A stretch of 64,000 bases of DNA from Octopus bimaculoides (GCF_001194135.2 NC_068986.1:7291040-7355039); one strand, 5' to 3'; shown: positions 37,560-52,244, numbered from the stretch's first letter. Made by a program: numbers and translations. The notes: generated from the sequence alone by a model not told the origin.

Positions 37560-37784
37560 TGACTTATTAACTGACAATGATACTTCAAATTGAACATGTC
37601 AGGAGAATAATTCTTCCTCTATAGAAATAGGAAATTCTAGAATCAGCGATTGGCACTGAAAGTCATGGATAAAAAGTTTGTCATTCTCTGATTTTCTAAA
37701 GCTTGATTGTGCTAAGAAGCCACGTCTAAAAAGAGCCCGAACAAGAACCTGAAAATGATCCACATTCAACATGACAATGTGCGA

Positions 37785-37837
<53 letters not shown>

Positions 37838-38130
37838 ACAACAAATCAGGAAATTGGCAAAGTTTATGGGCAGTGACCTCCATCCACCGTGCAGCATGGA
37901 CTTTATGCTGTCTGACTTCCGCCTGTTCGGTCCAAGGAAGAACAGTCTGGCGAGACAGCGACTTAACAGCACAAACGCGGTGAAAGTGGTTGAGAAAAAG
38001 TGGGTACAACAGTGTACACCTGATTGAAGAGGTTCTGTTCGTCGATGGTGCAGATGCGTCAATTGAGATGGAGACCATGTTGGGTGGTACCCTAGAGAAA
38101 ATGACTTTCTCTACCAATATCTGCAAATTT
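37560..38130 (+). mobile_element. degenerate mariner transposase 3' part interrupted by (CA)n
   Basis: QHDNVRPHT then LHPPCSMDFMLSDFRLFGP (HPPYSPDLAPSDFHLFGP motif). Confidence 0.8.
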
Positions 38131-38679
38131 GAACGACTTACGCTAGTTAATAAGAAAATGCTTACTTTTACATTACTTTCGGGATATTTAAATTTTAATT
38201 TTCTATCCAACTTATAAGATCCAGACTTCTGATAATTACTAGGTCAAATCATCTGCTTTGGAGACAGTAGCAACACTATTTTATCTTGAATTTGTTTTTT
38301 TTTATTACAACTTCAGATATCGTTATCCTTAAAAATTATAACCCCGTTATAAAGTATAGATGAAATTAGCCTTCCAAAGCCTCGATAAATTAATGTATAG
38401 TCGCTCGTCAATAATTATTAAGAATATTAAAATGTTATCGCTCTTCATTTCTAAGTATTTTGGTCAATTTCAAAGTAATAAAAACGAATTGTAATATAGA
38501 CGATTTCTACGTTATCATTAACTTAATAAACCTATGTAATTCAATTATTTATAGTTAAATCTGTACAAAAGATAAATTCTTTAATTTATTTCAAACAACA
38601 TTTAAAATTATATCAGCACACTAGCTTCCATTAAAATAATTTTTATGTGTATTGTAGTCTGCAGCATTTTAAAGTTCAT

Positions 38680-39720
38680 TACAAGTGGAAAAGGGGAATA
38701 TCAAAATTCACAAAAATGTGAAATGTGGAGTTTTCGTTCCGTGAATAGTAAACAGTTAGCAACATATTCATGATGTGGGAAAAATTTCTCATACAAAGGA
38801 TTAGCACTTTCAGGAATAATTTATCTAAACTAAAGTCTCTTGATAAAAACCAAATATGGAATGTAGTTTACTTTCTTGATTAAAAAATCGAAACTTTACA
38901 ATCCATCTTCAATCGAAGATTTTATTGGAAACACAGTAGCCAAGTGGAGAAAAGATTTAACTGTCTTTCAAAACTCCAAATGTTATCACATGTCGAAAAC
39001 TATTGGTGAAACTCTTGTCTTCTCAGCTATAATTGACGTTATGAATACTTTGATGGATCCTAGTTAATCTAATATAACATCCCTAATTCCTCTCAGCAAG
39101 AATTCAGTCTCAACAAGAATTGATGAAATGTGAAATGACATTGAAAACAACTTTGGCGATCTGGCAATTTCGCTACAACTCGACGAGACAGCTTGACGTG
39201 ACAATGAATCTCTGTTATCCTAATTGAATTTGTCCAAGATTAATCAATAAATTTTAGAATTTCTAATTGCCGAACAACTGAAAATTGACACAAATTACAA
39301 TGTAAACGTTTTTTAATAAGAATATTCCTTTTACAAATGCACTACAAATGATGGGACCTGCTATGTTTGGTCACCATCGTGGATTTATACAGCATTAAAA
39401 GAAGTTGCTCCAAATATTTTTGCGATTCCTAACATCATTCATCGGAGTGGAGGTGATGCTTGGCTGCAAAACATTTCAACGGCAAAATACATTAAGCTTT
39501 GCATAATCTTATTAAAGCAGCATGTAAAAATAAGTTTATCTGTGAAAAGCTACGTTTTTCCAGAAACGTTGCCATCGAAATTAACAAGGATTTGAGCCTA
39601 TTTTACTAAAATTCGGTGGATTTCGTAGGAGAACTGTCTGAGATACTTCTATCACAACGACACTATATTGAAAGATCATTAAAGTCGCGGGATGATGAAA
39701 CATGCAATGAGTTTGAAAAC
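38680..39720 (+). mobile_element. hAT (Charlie/Buster, ZBED5/SCAND3-like) transposase remnant
   Basis: HMSKTIGETLV..IPLSKNSVSTRIDEM..SLQLDET motifs; frameshifted. Confidence 0.8.
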
Positions 39721-39759
39721 TAACGTATTTACTTCGATTATCTTTCAAACATCTTCCCA

Positions 39760-39803
<44 letters not shown>

Positions 39804-39984
39804 AAGTGATGAACATCAAATTGTAGAGGCACAAATGAAACTTATTACCAGAAAATGGATTACAAGTTTTTCTAATTATATTTGGCAAAAGAACATTGAC
39901 AGAAGCTGTTTTCAGCGGTTTCGGAAACACAAATAATGCTTTCAAATTTGCGCACAAAACCAACAAATTTTAATAACATCGAGC

Positions 39985-40110
39985 CTAGTATTTGATTACT
40001 ACTTTGTCGTATCGATCCCGACCGGATGAGAGGCCAAGTTAACTACTGCGAAATAAGTATCTCTAGGCATTTCATCCGACCCTCTAACGATTCTGCTTGT
40101 TCGCCAGCAT
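39985..40110 (-). mobile_element. degenerate SINE-A
   Basis: ATCGATCCCG..GGATGAGAGGCCAAGTT..CTAACGATTCTGC. Confidence 0.6.
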
Positions 40111-43100
40111 TAATGTTCCCTTCATCCTTGGCCAGGATTTGATTCGGTATCATGTTACACTTAACTCAGAGAAATAGATTGCAATTAAGACATCAGCTGT
40201 CAAGCACTGAATCGAATATTGAAAAACAAGTAAATTGTTATAAGGATCAGCACCACCCTTAAATTATTGCATAATGCATAATGGCAGATCGTTAGAAAGG
40301 AGAAATACAAAAAGACAGAAAAAAGCAAAGGACCACTAATGAGGTCACAGAAGTGACGTAAGAACTCTGGCTGAAATACAATTAATATGAATTAAGCTGA
40401 AGCAAGTGAACGCCAAATATATAGTGCGTGTGTTTTCATTGGCTAAACTGGCAACATGACCATCCCCAAATACAACAATATCTGTTTCAGCACACACGAA
40501 TTCACATCAAGAATCTTGAAAAACGAATATATAAACTTTACTAGTTTTGTTTTGCAGTAAAGCTTTATTCGGGTATATTCTTTAAAAATAGTATTACGTC
40601 AAATTTAAAAACTACCTGAGTGTAAATATGAAGATAAATGATTTTTTAGCTCTCATAATAATAATGTGTCATTAACTACAACCAAATTTAAGGGAGAGTT
40701 AGCATTTAGAAAGATTAGAGAGGGTTATAAGGGATTTTTAGTTTTTAAAAGTATTTGAGAGGGTCGCTAAACAAAAAAAATTACTGACCTAGTTACTATT
40801 ACTTCTGAATAATTAAACATTGAGAAAAAAATGTCTTCTTTCTGTGAAAACGTTATAAAAAATATTTATACTTTTCAGAGTTCAGAGATTAATATCACTA
40901 ATGACCTAAGAGAAAATATTTTATATCTCTACGAGCACTAATTAGCGTGATTCCAAATTTAAAAAAATGAAATTAGAAATAATTAAATAAAATCAAAATT
41001 AAATCAAGTATTTTAAGCAGTTACTCTGGTTCAGCTGGGGCATCGATAAATTGAAAAAAACAATTTATTCAATAAATAACGAACTAAAATTGAAACACTT
41101 GTTTTGAAACACTGTCGAGAGTAGTATACCATCCAACTCCTGTTGAAGTATGGTTGAAACAAGTGTCCCACACAACTACTATAATTTAAAATAGTTATTT
41201 TTCGGCACTTATTTGTGTAAATGAGTGGAAAAGATTTTCTTTGAAATAAATGTATTTTATTACATTTAGTTCAATGTTACTCATTTATTGAAAAGATAAA
41301 TGTAAAAGAGTAGTCAATTGAAGAGATACTCGTCATCAACTGCAAATATAAAGAGAGAGAGAGAGAGAGAGAGATACGAATTCTAGGAAACATTTTCAGC
41401 CTCTAACTTGTGGAGTAATAATTGTTCTAGTAGTGACAGCTGGAGGAAAGCTTGCTTTCCACTTAACTAACCTAAACGTACAAATGGAAGAAGCCAATGT
41501 TAGAGAATGTGCTTCTTATTAATATAATCTTTTACACATTAATACAGATTCCTATAGGATGACTTTTCCTAAAATATTATTTGAGATATCACGTAAAAAA
41601 TAATAACCATGCTCTTCTGTGGGCTAACAGTTTCTTCAAAAATAGCAGTTTAAAACAGTTAAAGCTGCAATAAGTCAAAAATTTATTAAATTACTCAGTC
41701 TAATAAACTATTTATCAAAATTCTCGATCTCTAACATTATTCATCTAATTACAGACTCGTGTGATGTTAAGTTTAGTAAAGATATATTATTGTGATATAT
41801 TGATATTTTAGGCGTAGTTAGAGGATAAACTCTAGTTATCTCAGTTCTGGAATATATAAATTAAAATATCTCAAAGACGTTTAGAACCTGCCGCATGATA
41901 GAAGTTCAATGTATATTAACTTACAATCGATTTAGTTTTGGAAATTTTAAACATTACAAGTTCACAGCACACATTTACTTGTTATACAAGTCCCTAACAG
42001 CTTTTCAGTTTGTTCGCAGACTTTATCAGCTTGTTTGGAGAAATTTACAATGCAATACTGGACATCTCTTTTAGTAAAGCCATGAGAGTAATTGTGTGAC
42101 AAAAGGTTGGAAGGTGATGTCTGAGAGTTGAGCTAATTGGAAAATCGGGAAAATTAAATGTCATTTGTAAATGATGCTATGTAGAAGTATAGTATCTACT
42201 TCTGAAGAACGAAATTTAGGTGTAATTAAAGTTTAATTTTGAATTAGAAAGTGAAGAAACACTGGAGAATTAAGCTTTCATTTCACTGTTGTTATGATGA
42301 AAAGAGCGTAATTTCACATGATCAATTGGAAATGACTGAAGTCGTAATCAATAGGTTAATTGAAGTGAATTTTATTAGAAAGTCAAGGAATTTTATTAGG
42401 TCGTCAAATGAAGAGTGATCAAAACGACTGAACTTCAGATATAAATCTTAACAGAAGATGGTTCTTTTGCCAGTCATAAAATATATAAATAACTAAAATC
42501 TTTAAAGTAATTTTACAAACTGTACAATGCTAATCATGACAGGAAATTAGTATCCAGTTTGAAAGAAGGTGACCAATAATAATAATGATGATAATAATGA
42601 TAATAATATCAAAGAAATAAATGAAACAATAAGAAATTTCAAAACTAAAATGAACTACTGAATCAGTTGCTGGAAAGAGGAACTACAAAACAAGGATGCC
42701 GGAAGTAATGAACGAAGGTTGCGACTAAAAATCTGAAGCAAGAAACTGAATCACTGAGTGTAGCTGCCCAGGAAAAGTTTGTTGAAGAAGTTGATGAAGA
42801 CAAAGATTCATAAAACTTATTCAAACAACAAACACAAAATGTATGGAAAAGAGGACGAAAGTATTAACCATCTTTTAAGTAAGTGCAATTAAGTAGCACA
42901 AAAAGAGTACAAACGCAGGCATAATTATACTGATAAAAGAGTACATTGGGAAGAATTTGAAGTAGCAGAAAAGTGGTATGAACACGTTCCAGAAACTGGC
43001 GGGGCGAATGATAATTAGAAGATTTTATATAATTTCTTCATAGAAACTAATCATAGTACATACGAGTGTCTTAGAAATGGATTCTAATATTGAAGGAGAG

Positions 43101-43189
43101 AGAAAATGTAATGCAAAACAGAAACAACAAATAGTACAAGATTGTTGACTTTGCGATGTCGTGTGATAATAGAGCGGATACTAGTGGCT

Positions 43190-43390
43190 AGGGTGTTGCA
43201 CTCACATTCGCTGGTTCGATTTTCGGCTGTAAATAGATAACCCTGCGACGGATTAGCCTTCCGGTCAGGGGGAATGTTTGCCTGCTCGCCTAGCCAGCGA
43301 GGTGGCATCATTCGGAAGCTAAAACGATGCAAAGTGGATTGCGGCCAGCGATATATAGCAACATCCGATAGTCTGGTCGATCACGTGACC
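43190..43390 (+). mobile_element. tRNA-derived SINE ('SINE-D')
   Basis: GTGGCTAGGGTG A-box-like and GGTTCGATT B-box-like head, GC-rich body, next to (GA)n. Confidence 0.6.
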
Positions 43391-43427
43391 AAGAAATAGA
43401 GAAAATTGAGAAGAATCAGGACCTAGC

Positions 43428-43471
<44 letters not shown>

Positions 43472-43799
43472 TGAAGAGCATGTGTGGAAGCCGAAAATGA
43501 CTATTGTTTCTGTGCTAATTGGTGCATTTAGCAAAACACCCAAAAGGCTATATAAGAAGCTGAAGGATTTTGGACTGGAGGCGGGTATTTTTGCACTATT
43601 GAAAAATTCAATCCCGTATTCTACATAAATCCTGAGAAAGTTTACTTAAATTTGAGTTGACTCCTTCCCATCAAAGCCCAGAATTACATCCCCGCTACTT
43701 TAACTAGCAGGGAGTAGCTTTTGCATAATGACAACCACAATAGTATAATAGTTTATAGCAGAAGCAGACAGCTTGAAAATCTTGATAGGGAGTTAGTGG

Positions 43800-44189
43800 A
43801 AATCATTATCTTCAGTACTTGACTGGTAGATTATTTCATCAACCCCAGAGAAATAGAAGGCAAAATCGAGTGCAGCATGATTTGAACATAGAACTTAAAG
43901 AGCTGGAAAAATACGAATCGTTTTTTTCAACGCTCCAACGATTCTGTCAATCTACCGAACAACAAAAATAATAATCCTTTCTACTAAAGGCACAAGGACT
44001 GAAATTTTAGGGGAGGGGGCTAGTCGATTACATTGTCCCCAGTGCTCGATTGGTACTCATTTTATCGACCCCAAAAGGATGAAAGGCAAAATCGACCTTG
44101 GCGGAATTTGAATCGGAAACGTAGCGACGGGCGAAATACCATTACACATTTCGCCCAGTGTTCTCACTACTCTGCCAGCTCGCCGTCTT
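43800..44189 (-). mobile_element. two tandem SINE-A copies
   Basis: family motifs in reverse at ~43800-43960 and ~43973-44189. Confidence 0.85.
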
Positions 44190-44615
44190 ACCAACAATAA
44201 TAACAAAAAAACCCTTGAATAGTTAAGGAAGGCGAAAATGAGACCTATATAATGCTCACAGCCCGACTGTGGAGAACGAAGGTGAAAATAAAGTCAGTTA
44301 TTGTTGGGTTCTTGGGGACAGTATCAGAAGGCATCAAGTGGAGTCTAAAGGAAATGGAAAAGAATGCACTGTAGAGATGTTGCAAAAAGTTTGTCTTCTT
44401 GGCACGGCCAAAATGATCAGGAAAGTATAAGATGTTTAAAAAAAAAAAAAAAAGACCGCATTGTACCGTAGACTGCAGATAGCAATCCCGCTACTCTTGC
44501 GAGACTACTGAGTTCCAGCAAAGCCTGAGTTGAAAGAACAACAACAACAACAACAATAATAATAATAGACAATAAGAGCGAGAGGTGATTTGTAATAGAT
44601 TGTTTATTTAAAGGT

Positions 44616-44654
44616 TTGTTCAATATTTCGATAGATCGTCTTCTTCATGTTCAA
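44616..44654 (-). ncRNA. degenerate hammerhead-like motif downstream of a PLE ORF
   Basis: TTGAACA-TGAAGA-AGACGATCTATC-GAAATATT-GAACAA; palindromic AATATT helix III. Confidence 0.35.
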
Positions 44655-44789
44655 AATGTAAAATGAAGACAACTGCAGAAACACAGAAATTCAAAACATA
44701 AACTAGGAAATCCTGCATTCCCGTTTTGATAAACTGACATCATCAGTTTTCAATTTTGTAGCTGGTAAAAAGCAAAGAAAAAAAAAAGA

Positions 44790-45380
44790 AATTTAGTCGA
44801 ACAGTTTTATGTAAATGTGTTGAAATTCACCTGTCATTTTATTCATTCCTCCAGGGCGTGGTGCGAGTAATTCACAAATATATTTGCTCTCATGTATTTT
44901 GAGGACTGAAAATGTAGCAGATTCGGAATATTTTCTGAGAATGTGTACTTTCGAGTGTTCCTCAAAATTGCAGCCGCTTGATGTAAAATGCTCGGCAATT
45001 TCTGCCGAACCATTGCTATTGTGCCTGACGTCATACCTACCCATTAAACCTTTTGTTTAATTTTCATGTTGTATAATCAACATAAATCAAGTTGTGTTTG
45101 GTGCATTCTGCTGCGTATACCAAATGGGAATCTTTACGCGTCCCACCTTCCGTATAAATCATGACATTTCTGTTAAGATCCATGATGATAGAACTGACTT
45201 GGTTCGTGTTTTTGCACAATGAACAGGGCTTACTTTTCTTGCGGCTGTTTTTCAAGGTCCAGCATTCAGAAACTACAATGGTAGTTTTCTTGGAATTAGA
45301 AGTAATAGTTAATATTTCTCTTACATCGTTATTCTGTCTAAAGGCTACAATAGGCGGCTGAGGGAATATTTGCATACGTA
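44790..45380 (-). mobile_element. Penelope-like GIY-YIG endonuclease region
   Basis: IFPQPPIVAFRQN..C..C..LVYAAECTKHNLIYVDYT..IAEHF..ESKYI..PGGMN; frameshifted. Confidence 0.85.
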
Positions 45381-46106
45381 ATTACGTATGCTTTTGCACA
45401 CACAAACAGGTATACATTCATGCAAGTGCATATCCGTACGAATATGATTCCACCACTATATGAGTTCCGATGAAATGCTGATGTTGAGGTCAGCATGCAT
45501 ATTCACACATATAAATATATTCCTATATACACATATCTTACTATTAAAATCTACGAACATTTAAACACATCTATATATATATATTCAAACAGCATATACA
45601 AATAAATATACACACGCCTATAGACCTACATAAACACATGGTATACAAATATCAATACACGAATAAACACACATTTAAATATATATACACACAAACAACA
45701 TATACATCCATACAGTTACGTATAATCATATATCTGCATTATTTACACCTAAGCTCGAACATCCACGAAATGTTTATGGTTAGTTTCATACTAATGCATA
45801 AATATGCAACTATTTATATGACTATCAATATACAGCTTTCTGATCATGGCCAGTTGTCGCAACTGAGCTATAGAAGAACGTCCTCATTGGCTTCCTCAAT
45901 GGTTTTAGCCTGTTACTTTAGACATTCATTAAATGGAGACTAACTCTTTCTAATGCATTACTTTACATACACAACTGAGTCCATTAATTACAGAAATCAA
46001 TTTCTGAACCATCTGAACAATAACAAAACTGTCCATAATTATTGTGTCACATATGTTGATTACGAGTATTGAAGCTTTTTGTTCTATAATTTCTAGACAT
46101 TATATG

Positions 46107-46273
46107 GGAGTGGCCGTGTGGTAAGTAGCTTGCATACCAACCGCATGGCTCCGAGTTCAGTCCCACTGCGTGGCACCTTGAGCAAGTGTCTTCTACTATA
46201 GCCTCGGGCCGACCTAAGCCTTGTGAGTAGATTTGGTAGACGGAAACTGAAAGAAGCCCGTCGTATATATGTG

Positions 46274-46322
<49 letters not shown>

Positions 46323-46508
46323 AGAATCGCTTGACAACCGATGCTGGTGTGTTTACGTCCCCGTAACTTAGCGGTTCGGCAAAAGAGACCGATAGAATAA
46401 GTACTAGGCTTCCAAAGAATAAGTCCTGGGGTCGATTTGCTCGACTAAAGGCGGTGCCCCAGCATGGCCACAGTCAAATGACTGAAACAAGTAAAAGAGT
46501 AAAAGAGT
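46107..46508 (+). mobile_element. full-length SINE-B with internal (TA)/(TG) microsatellite
   Basis: A-box TGGCCGTGTGGTAAG, B-box GAGTTCAGTCCC, core CCTTGAGCAAGTGTC, LINE-like tail ending in (TAAAAGAG)2. Confidence 0.9.
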
Positions 46509-49224
46509 ACAGGAAAGAAATAGGTAACTTATTCCAAGTTGAATGTTATACAGAAGGTTAAAGACATGGAACAAAATTGGTATGAACAAATATTGAACAA
46601 ATTTCGTAATCTCTAACGTTTAACGAGTGTGAACACCGGTTAAATTTGGGGAAGAATTATGTAGATATAGTTTGTAATTAAAATCGATATGAAAAATTTA
46701 ATCCACATTATGTCATTCAAGTGGGCAAAGAAAAAAACAAACTAAAAAACGTATCTCAAAAATTTTCGATGTTTCTTTTCTTCTTGTATACAATTATAGG
46801 TAGATGTCATTTAGTACTGAGGCAGAAAATGACAACGGCAATAGTCAGCTGAAATAAAAGACGCATAGACTAAAAATTGCAATACCTGAAACTTCGGGAC
46901 TAAATTTTATTGCTACAAATGTGCAAAATTTGTTGAAATATTTTATGGAGATTTGATCACAACGTATATATATATAAAGTCGCCCTAACATGCCTGAAAA
47001 TACAGCAAAAATATTTGACTATGAATTATTGTTTTTTTAATTTCATGAACACTTACATTTTCCAGAGAAGTGATATAAAAAACATTTAAGTATTGCAGTT
47101 ACTTGAAGTGAGTGTATAATTAAAAAAAAAAAGCGTTCTATAGAAGGTGAAATATTGACACTAATGATTAATTTGCTAAATATCAAACATAAAAACAAAA
47201 CGTTATGCCTAATTAGTCAAATAGTTTATACACGCCTTATTAATTCAGACACGACAAATTTCTGCAGGTTATCAATATTTTATAAATATATTTTTATTCA
47301 AAAGTCTAATTAAAATAACTGACAGTAAATCATGATCGTTGTGACAATTTGTTTTTTCTGTCTACATTAGCTTCTGAAATGTTGACATTAAATTATTTTC
47401 TAAGGTTAAAAATATAGAAGACGTCAATAGTTTTGAGAGAGTAAAATTGCAAGTTATGCTGATTTTTATTTGATGAGCATTAAATCTTCCTCTACTGAGC
47501 ACGCTGCTGAGTTTTAATATACTGCTCATAGCGCTATATTGGTGATAAGTCCTCGGTGAGTAGAGCTCACAACACGGTCTGTACTTTTCCAAACTATTGT
47601 TTAAAAGTTTGAAGATAATCTGCGATTAAAATAGATTCAAATCAGTCACGTGTTCTCTGTATAACCGAGAATAATCAAAGTGTGGGAGGTTTTCGATTTC
47701 TCGACGATTGCCAAACAATACATACAAGTATGCACATGCATACTTACAATAGGATACATGCATGCAAGTATACACGTGTGTTTTCTCTCAAGTATATTAG
47801 CCAGACGCATGTTTGTAGTGATTTCCTTTACTTCGACCATGCTCCCCTCTCACACTCACATTTCAAGAGATTTACAATCCTCAACTTCCTCTTGAAGAGG
47901 TCGTTTATGGTTGACCAAACAGAAAAATATTGTCTTCAGTCATGTTCGCCATACATCTTACATTCAACAGATCCAATTGAAACTCTTCTGTAATACAAAC
48001 AGATCAACGTTTCAGAAGGCCCTTCCCTCAAGTCTCTTCGAACGTTTTGTTTAGGTTACGGTTAGCTTTTACTCATTTTGTCGCTCCACGAGTGATTGCA
48101 ATCGCATTTCAATCTCTATTCATCCTTCATCGTCACTCGTAAAACGGTGGGATGAGGTAATATCACTTCAAAGTGGCCCTCGGATTCATGTCCAACGATT
48201 TCCTGATTGACAGGATGCGGCATTTAGGATAAAATGAACTTTTGGGCAAGCCCCAGCACAACCACTCGGATTATCCTTACTGCCTCATATATAATTACTG
48301 GGATTTCTGTCGTACACGCATGGATGCCATATAGCACTACAAGAATTCTGGAATTTTCGAGAGTATCATAAATATCTGAATGTCCATACCAACGTTACTC
48401 AACCTCATGTCATTTCTGGTCAAGTTGGGACACGTGATCATACTGTGATTCAAAAAAAACAACAACAAAAACAAGCTAAGGGTCTCTGAATGCGACACTT
48501 GTAATATGCTGGTTCTTATATTGCAATATATGTGTGTGAGCAAATGTATGTAACACCACCTCGGCCTGTCGTCCAGGTTAGTCCTTGGTTTTGAAGATCA
48601 GAAGAACTCCCGTAATAGTGATTCAATGAAAACTATATCGTTCTACACATCGGCTGATATCCACATTAGCTGATTACATGTGATAACACACATATAGACA
48701 TTTCGCTTTTCAAGAGTCAGTAATATGGCTCCTTCGCTCTCCTTTTGGTATGATGGTCGGCTAAACAAGAGTTTTCGTGGTATAGTTATTCTCCTACATA
48801 CTGTTTCAGAGAGTTATTCGATATTCGAATTTTCTTTCAAGAAAACAGCTTTAGCAAAAGTCTATTTTTTTGACGCCAACGTTTTTATTTGCCATTTGTA
48901 GAGTTTCCATTTCTGTGGGTGTAGTGTAAATGCTTGTGTTATATTTTTCTTTTCATATTGGCAATTTTGAAATAGGTGTTCTGGTTGGCAAAATTTTGAA
49001 AATGTTTACAAAATTCCCGCAGGCGTGTACGTAACAACCACGTTTGCGTTTAGCACCAAGAGGAATACAGCATTCTGTCAAGCAAGTAAGCGAAAGTTCG
49101 CAAAATATAGATTTTCCAGCGACAATTCTTTATTATTCCATCCAAAATAAACAAGGAGGACATTTATCCGTTTCACAATAAATACAAGTCCGATTCCTCC
49201 ACCGAACCAATTCAAAGAACTATT

Positions 49225-49445
49225 ACTACTTTCAAATTTTTGCACAAGACCTGTAATTTTAAGAGGAGGTGGAGGGGTCAGTCGATCTCACTGATTCCAG
49301 TACTTAACTAGTGCTTTATTTTATCGGCCTTGAGGGATGCAGGCAGAGTTGATTGCCGTAGGATTTTAACACAGAACGTAAAGAACCAAAAGTAATAGCA
49401 CATGGCATTATACTCAGCGCGTTTTTGATTCGGTCAACACCACCC
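49225..49445 (-). mobile_element. degenerate SINE-A
   Basis: TTTTATCGGCC..GGATGCAGGCAGAGTTGA..CAGAACGTAAAG. Confidence 0.7.
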
Positions 49446-49729
49446 TAATAATAATAATATTAATGATGTTCTCTTTGTTTACCACAAGGGCCTGTTACTA
49501 ATTAGAGCGGACAGGAGATCTGCACTCATGTACATAATATAGTCATATAAAGCATGTTGAGCGATAAGAGATTTACACAAGGTATCATGAAATATCAAAT
49601 ATGAATAACATATACACTGCTCAAGTAAAAAAAAATATATACATATATAGATATGAACAAAAGACAAAAATAATGACAATCCTTCCTAACTACACGATGA
49701 GACAACTACATTCAGGCTAAATGAGGTCA

Positions 49730-51600
49730 GCATCTATGGTATAGAGTGGTGAGGCACAACGTCAAAGGTCAAAGCACACCGAATCCTTCTTTCGGAGAAG
49801 TGTTGGTTGCAAATGGACATTCTGACCTACGGAACGTGTCACTTCTATAAAAAGTGAAAGAGTAAGCTTTCTAATATGGTCAATTGGAAACTGGATTTAA
49901 ACACAACAGTCAAATGGAAATGAATAAGGGAGGCGATGCATATGTTCTGTCTCTCTACCTGACTTGTTAGGGATAGTTTCATCTCGGCTTATTTCTTGAT
50001 ACAACTGTTCACTTAGCTTGTGAGCTCATCCAAGTTCCAATTCAATTGGTAGTCTGACATAAAACAGTTAGTGAAGCTGGCTGCTATGGATCTTCCTCTT
50101 CGGGTGTCGAATGGTAAGACCGGCGACTTGTAGTAATACTTCTGCGTTACACCTCGTATTTCTTCAATGTCGTGTCGATCACCTCAATTTAGAAAGTGTC
50201 TGATATCATCCCGGTGGTAATTTCTGCTAATGCCAACTCGAACTTCTCGTATCCCAGTTGGAAGGAGATGCTTCTTCAACTTCTAGCTTTCGCAACATTA
50301 GGTTGAAAATAAAAAAAAAGTTCAGAAGCAATTAGGACACTGAGAAAACGAGTGATACGGAAAAAAAATCCTCAAAAGACTGCCAGTATCTCTGATAAGA
50401 TGCTGTTGTACATCGAAACGATCCAGGCTCTGAAAAGGGAATCGAAATGTGTGTGCACTACTATAAATGTCTACCAAAACAAGAGAGAACAGATTTTGCA
50501 TGTATCAATAAAGAGCGTTGAGCAAACCATTCAAACCAGAACGATTTTGTCTCTAGTGCATTCACAAAACACTGAGCTTATCTCAGCTATTATTAGTTTC
50601 TCACCGAAAACCATATTAAATCGTTGGGTAGAAAGTAATTCCACCGTCTGCGGTCTCTCATTACCCACAGAGAGTTGCGAAAAGTGCGTTTGGAGAACTG
50701 CGCACATACACCGGGTACTGAATAACACCCATCCACTATAAACTGTCAAAGACTTAATAGTTGCTTTGCTGTCACATCCTACCTTTGCCACTTGTGGACA
50801 TGGAACGGTTTTGCTTCCTCGTGGTTAAGGGCAGGAAGCTTCTTTCTGAAGACGAAGTTTTCTCATTTTGCACGGAAGAAATATCATGCCTCATTTTCAT
50901 TACCAGCACGTATGTTAAAAAGCCTTTTCTAATCGCCTCTTTTCATTTAATGACCAACTGCCCATCTAATACATTGCTTTCTATTGTTAATTCCTTTCTA
51001 TATATTACTGATTCACCAAACGCTCTCTTCAGAGAGAAATTCCATCGATTATTGATAATCAACCCATCACCTCACGCTTAACTGCTTCGATAATCCAATC
51101 ATCATAGCACTTCTGTGTCAGAAAAAAGCTTCTAGTAAGCGAGTCCTTGTCTGAGCGTCTTCTCTTAGTTGGCTGTGCGGACGACAATTTTGCAGTTTGT
51201 ATAGTTACTAGACGAAATTATGGACAGCATGTTATTTCTAGTTGATGATATGACAAGTACTTTGTCTAGATACAGTCTCTGTGACTTGGTGTGGTTTGCC
51301 CAATGGTACATTCGTGAAAGTCATCGAGTTGGAAACACCTGGGCAGTTTTGTGTGTTTTAACACCCTTCATGTATAGGATGCTTCAAGGAAACCCCAGTG
51401 TGCCTGGAAGATAACATTCTAGTCCCCCACAAGCATTCCTATGAACGACTCAAAATGTCTGAAGACGTCTTGTCGCTCCATAGTCATGTCATTAATAACT
51501 GTGAAGGCACCACCACTGGTTTTCTCTGCCAAATCACCGAATACCACTTAAGCGTAACCTCGAGATGCAGACTTTCCGAAACAACAGTGTCACCCACTCA
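49730..51600 (-). mobile_element. decayed L1/Tx1-like ORF2 (endonuclease, gap, post-RT region)
   Basis: VTLLFRK, YLDKVLV, INNRW..LKRA, and KLSL..NICIASLIHFHLTVV..LESLLFHFL..VRMSICNQH. Confidence 0.7.
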
Positions 51601-52203
51601 ATACCAACCGACTTAAATATACGTATATCTCGTAGTTATTGAGAAGAAGCGTGGCGACACATGCCTCAGAACTTTCAGTCCCGCTGATAGCTACTGCATC
51701 TAAATCTGATGCTCTAAGGTCACTAAGTGAGTGATTACTCCTCTAGCTCGACTCAGGTTTGTGTGTGTGTGTGTGTGTGTGTGTGCACGTGTGTGTGTGT
51801 GCACGTGTGTGTGTGTATAATTTTCAAAACTATTATCACTGAGTTGTCAAGCCTTTTATTTTATATTTCCAAGAATCAGTTAATCTACGAGATTAGTTCT
51901 ATGTGAAAACTGAAACTAAATTTGCGTCTCCCGATTCTTTAATGTAGCGAGCAAAGTGTGAAGGCTGTGAAAGGAAAAGCGGCAGCAGCATTACTAATAA
52001 ACTTTTACAAATATCAGTTGATTGCTGCACTAGAATTCTCCCCATTCAACTGATCTAACCACTGCGAATTAGCAATTCTTAATATGCTGTTTGATTGCAT
52101 GATTACGTCATTGATAAAATGTTTGCTCTCGTTTCTAAGAGGCTGCTGCAGATAAAGTCTAATTTGTAAAAAAAGAACAGAAACAAAACAATGTGACATT
52201 TTA

Positions 52204-52204
<1 letters not shown>

Positions 52205-52244
<40 letters not shown>

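Larger units (their letters stand above)
42050..44430 (+). mobile_element. R4/Dong-like 3' region with nested SINE insertions
   Basis: LKQETESL..AAQE, SKC..VAQKEYKRRHN..VHWE, and terminal LQKVCLLGTAKMIRKV. Confidence 0.75.

Noticed and set aside
48000-48040. Minus-strand ..CTGAAACGTTGATC hammerhead-like end
   Set aside because: No clean CUGANGA core or helix I.
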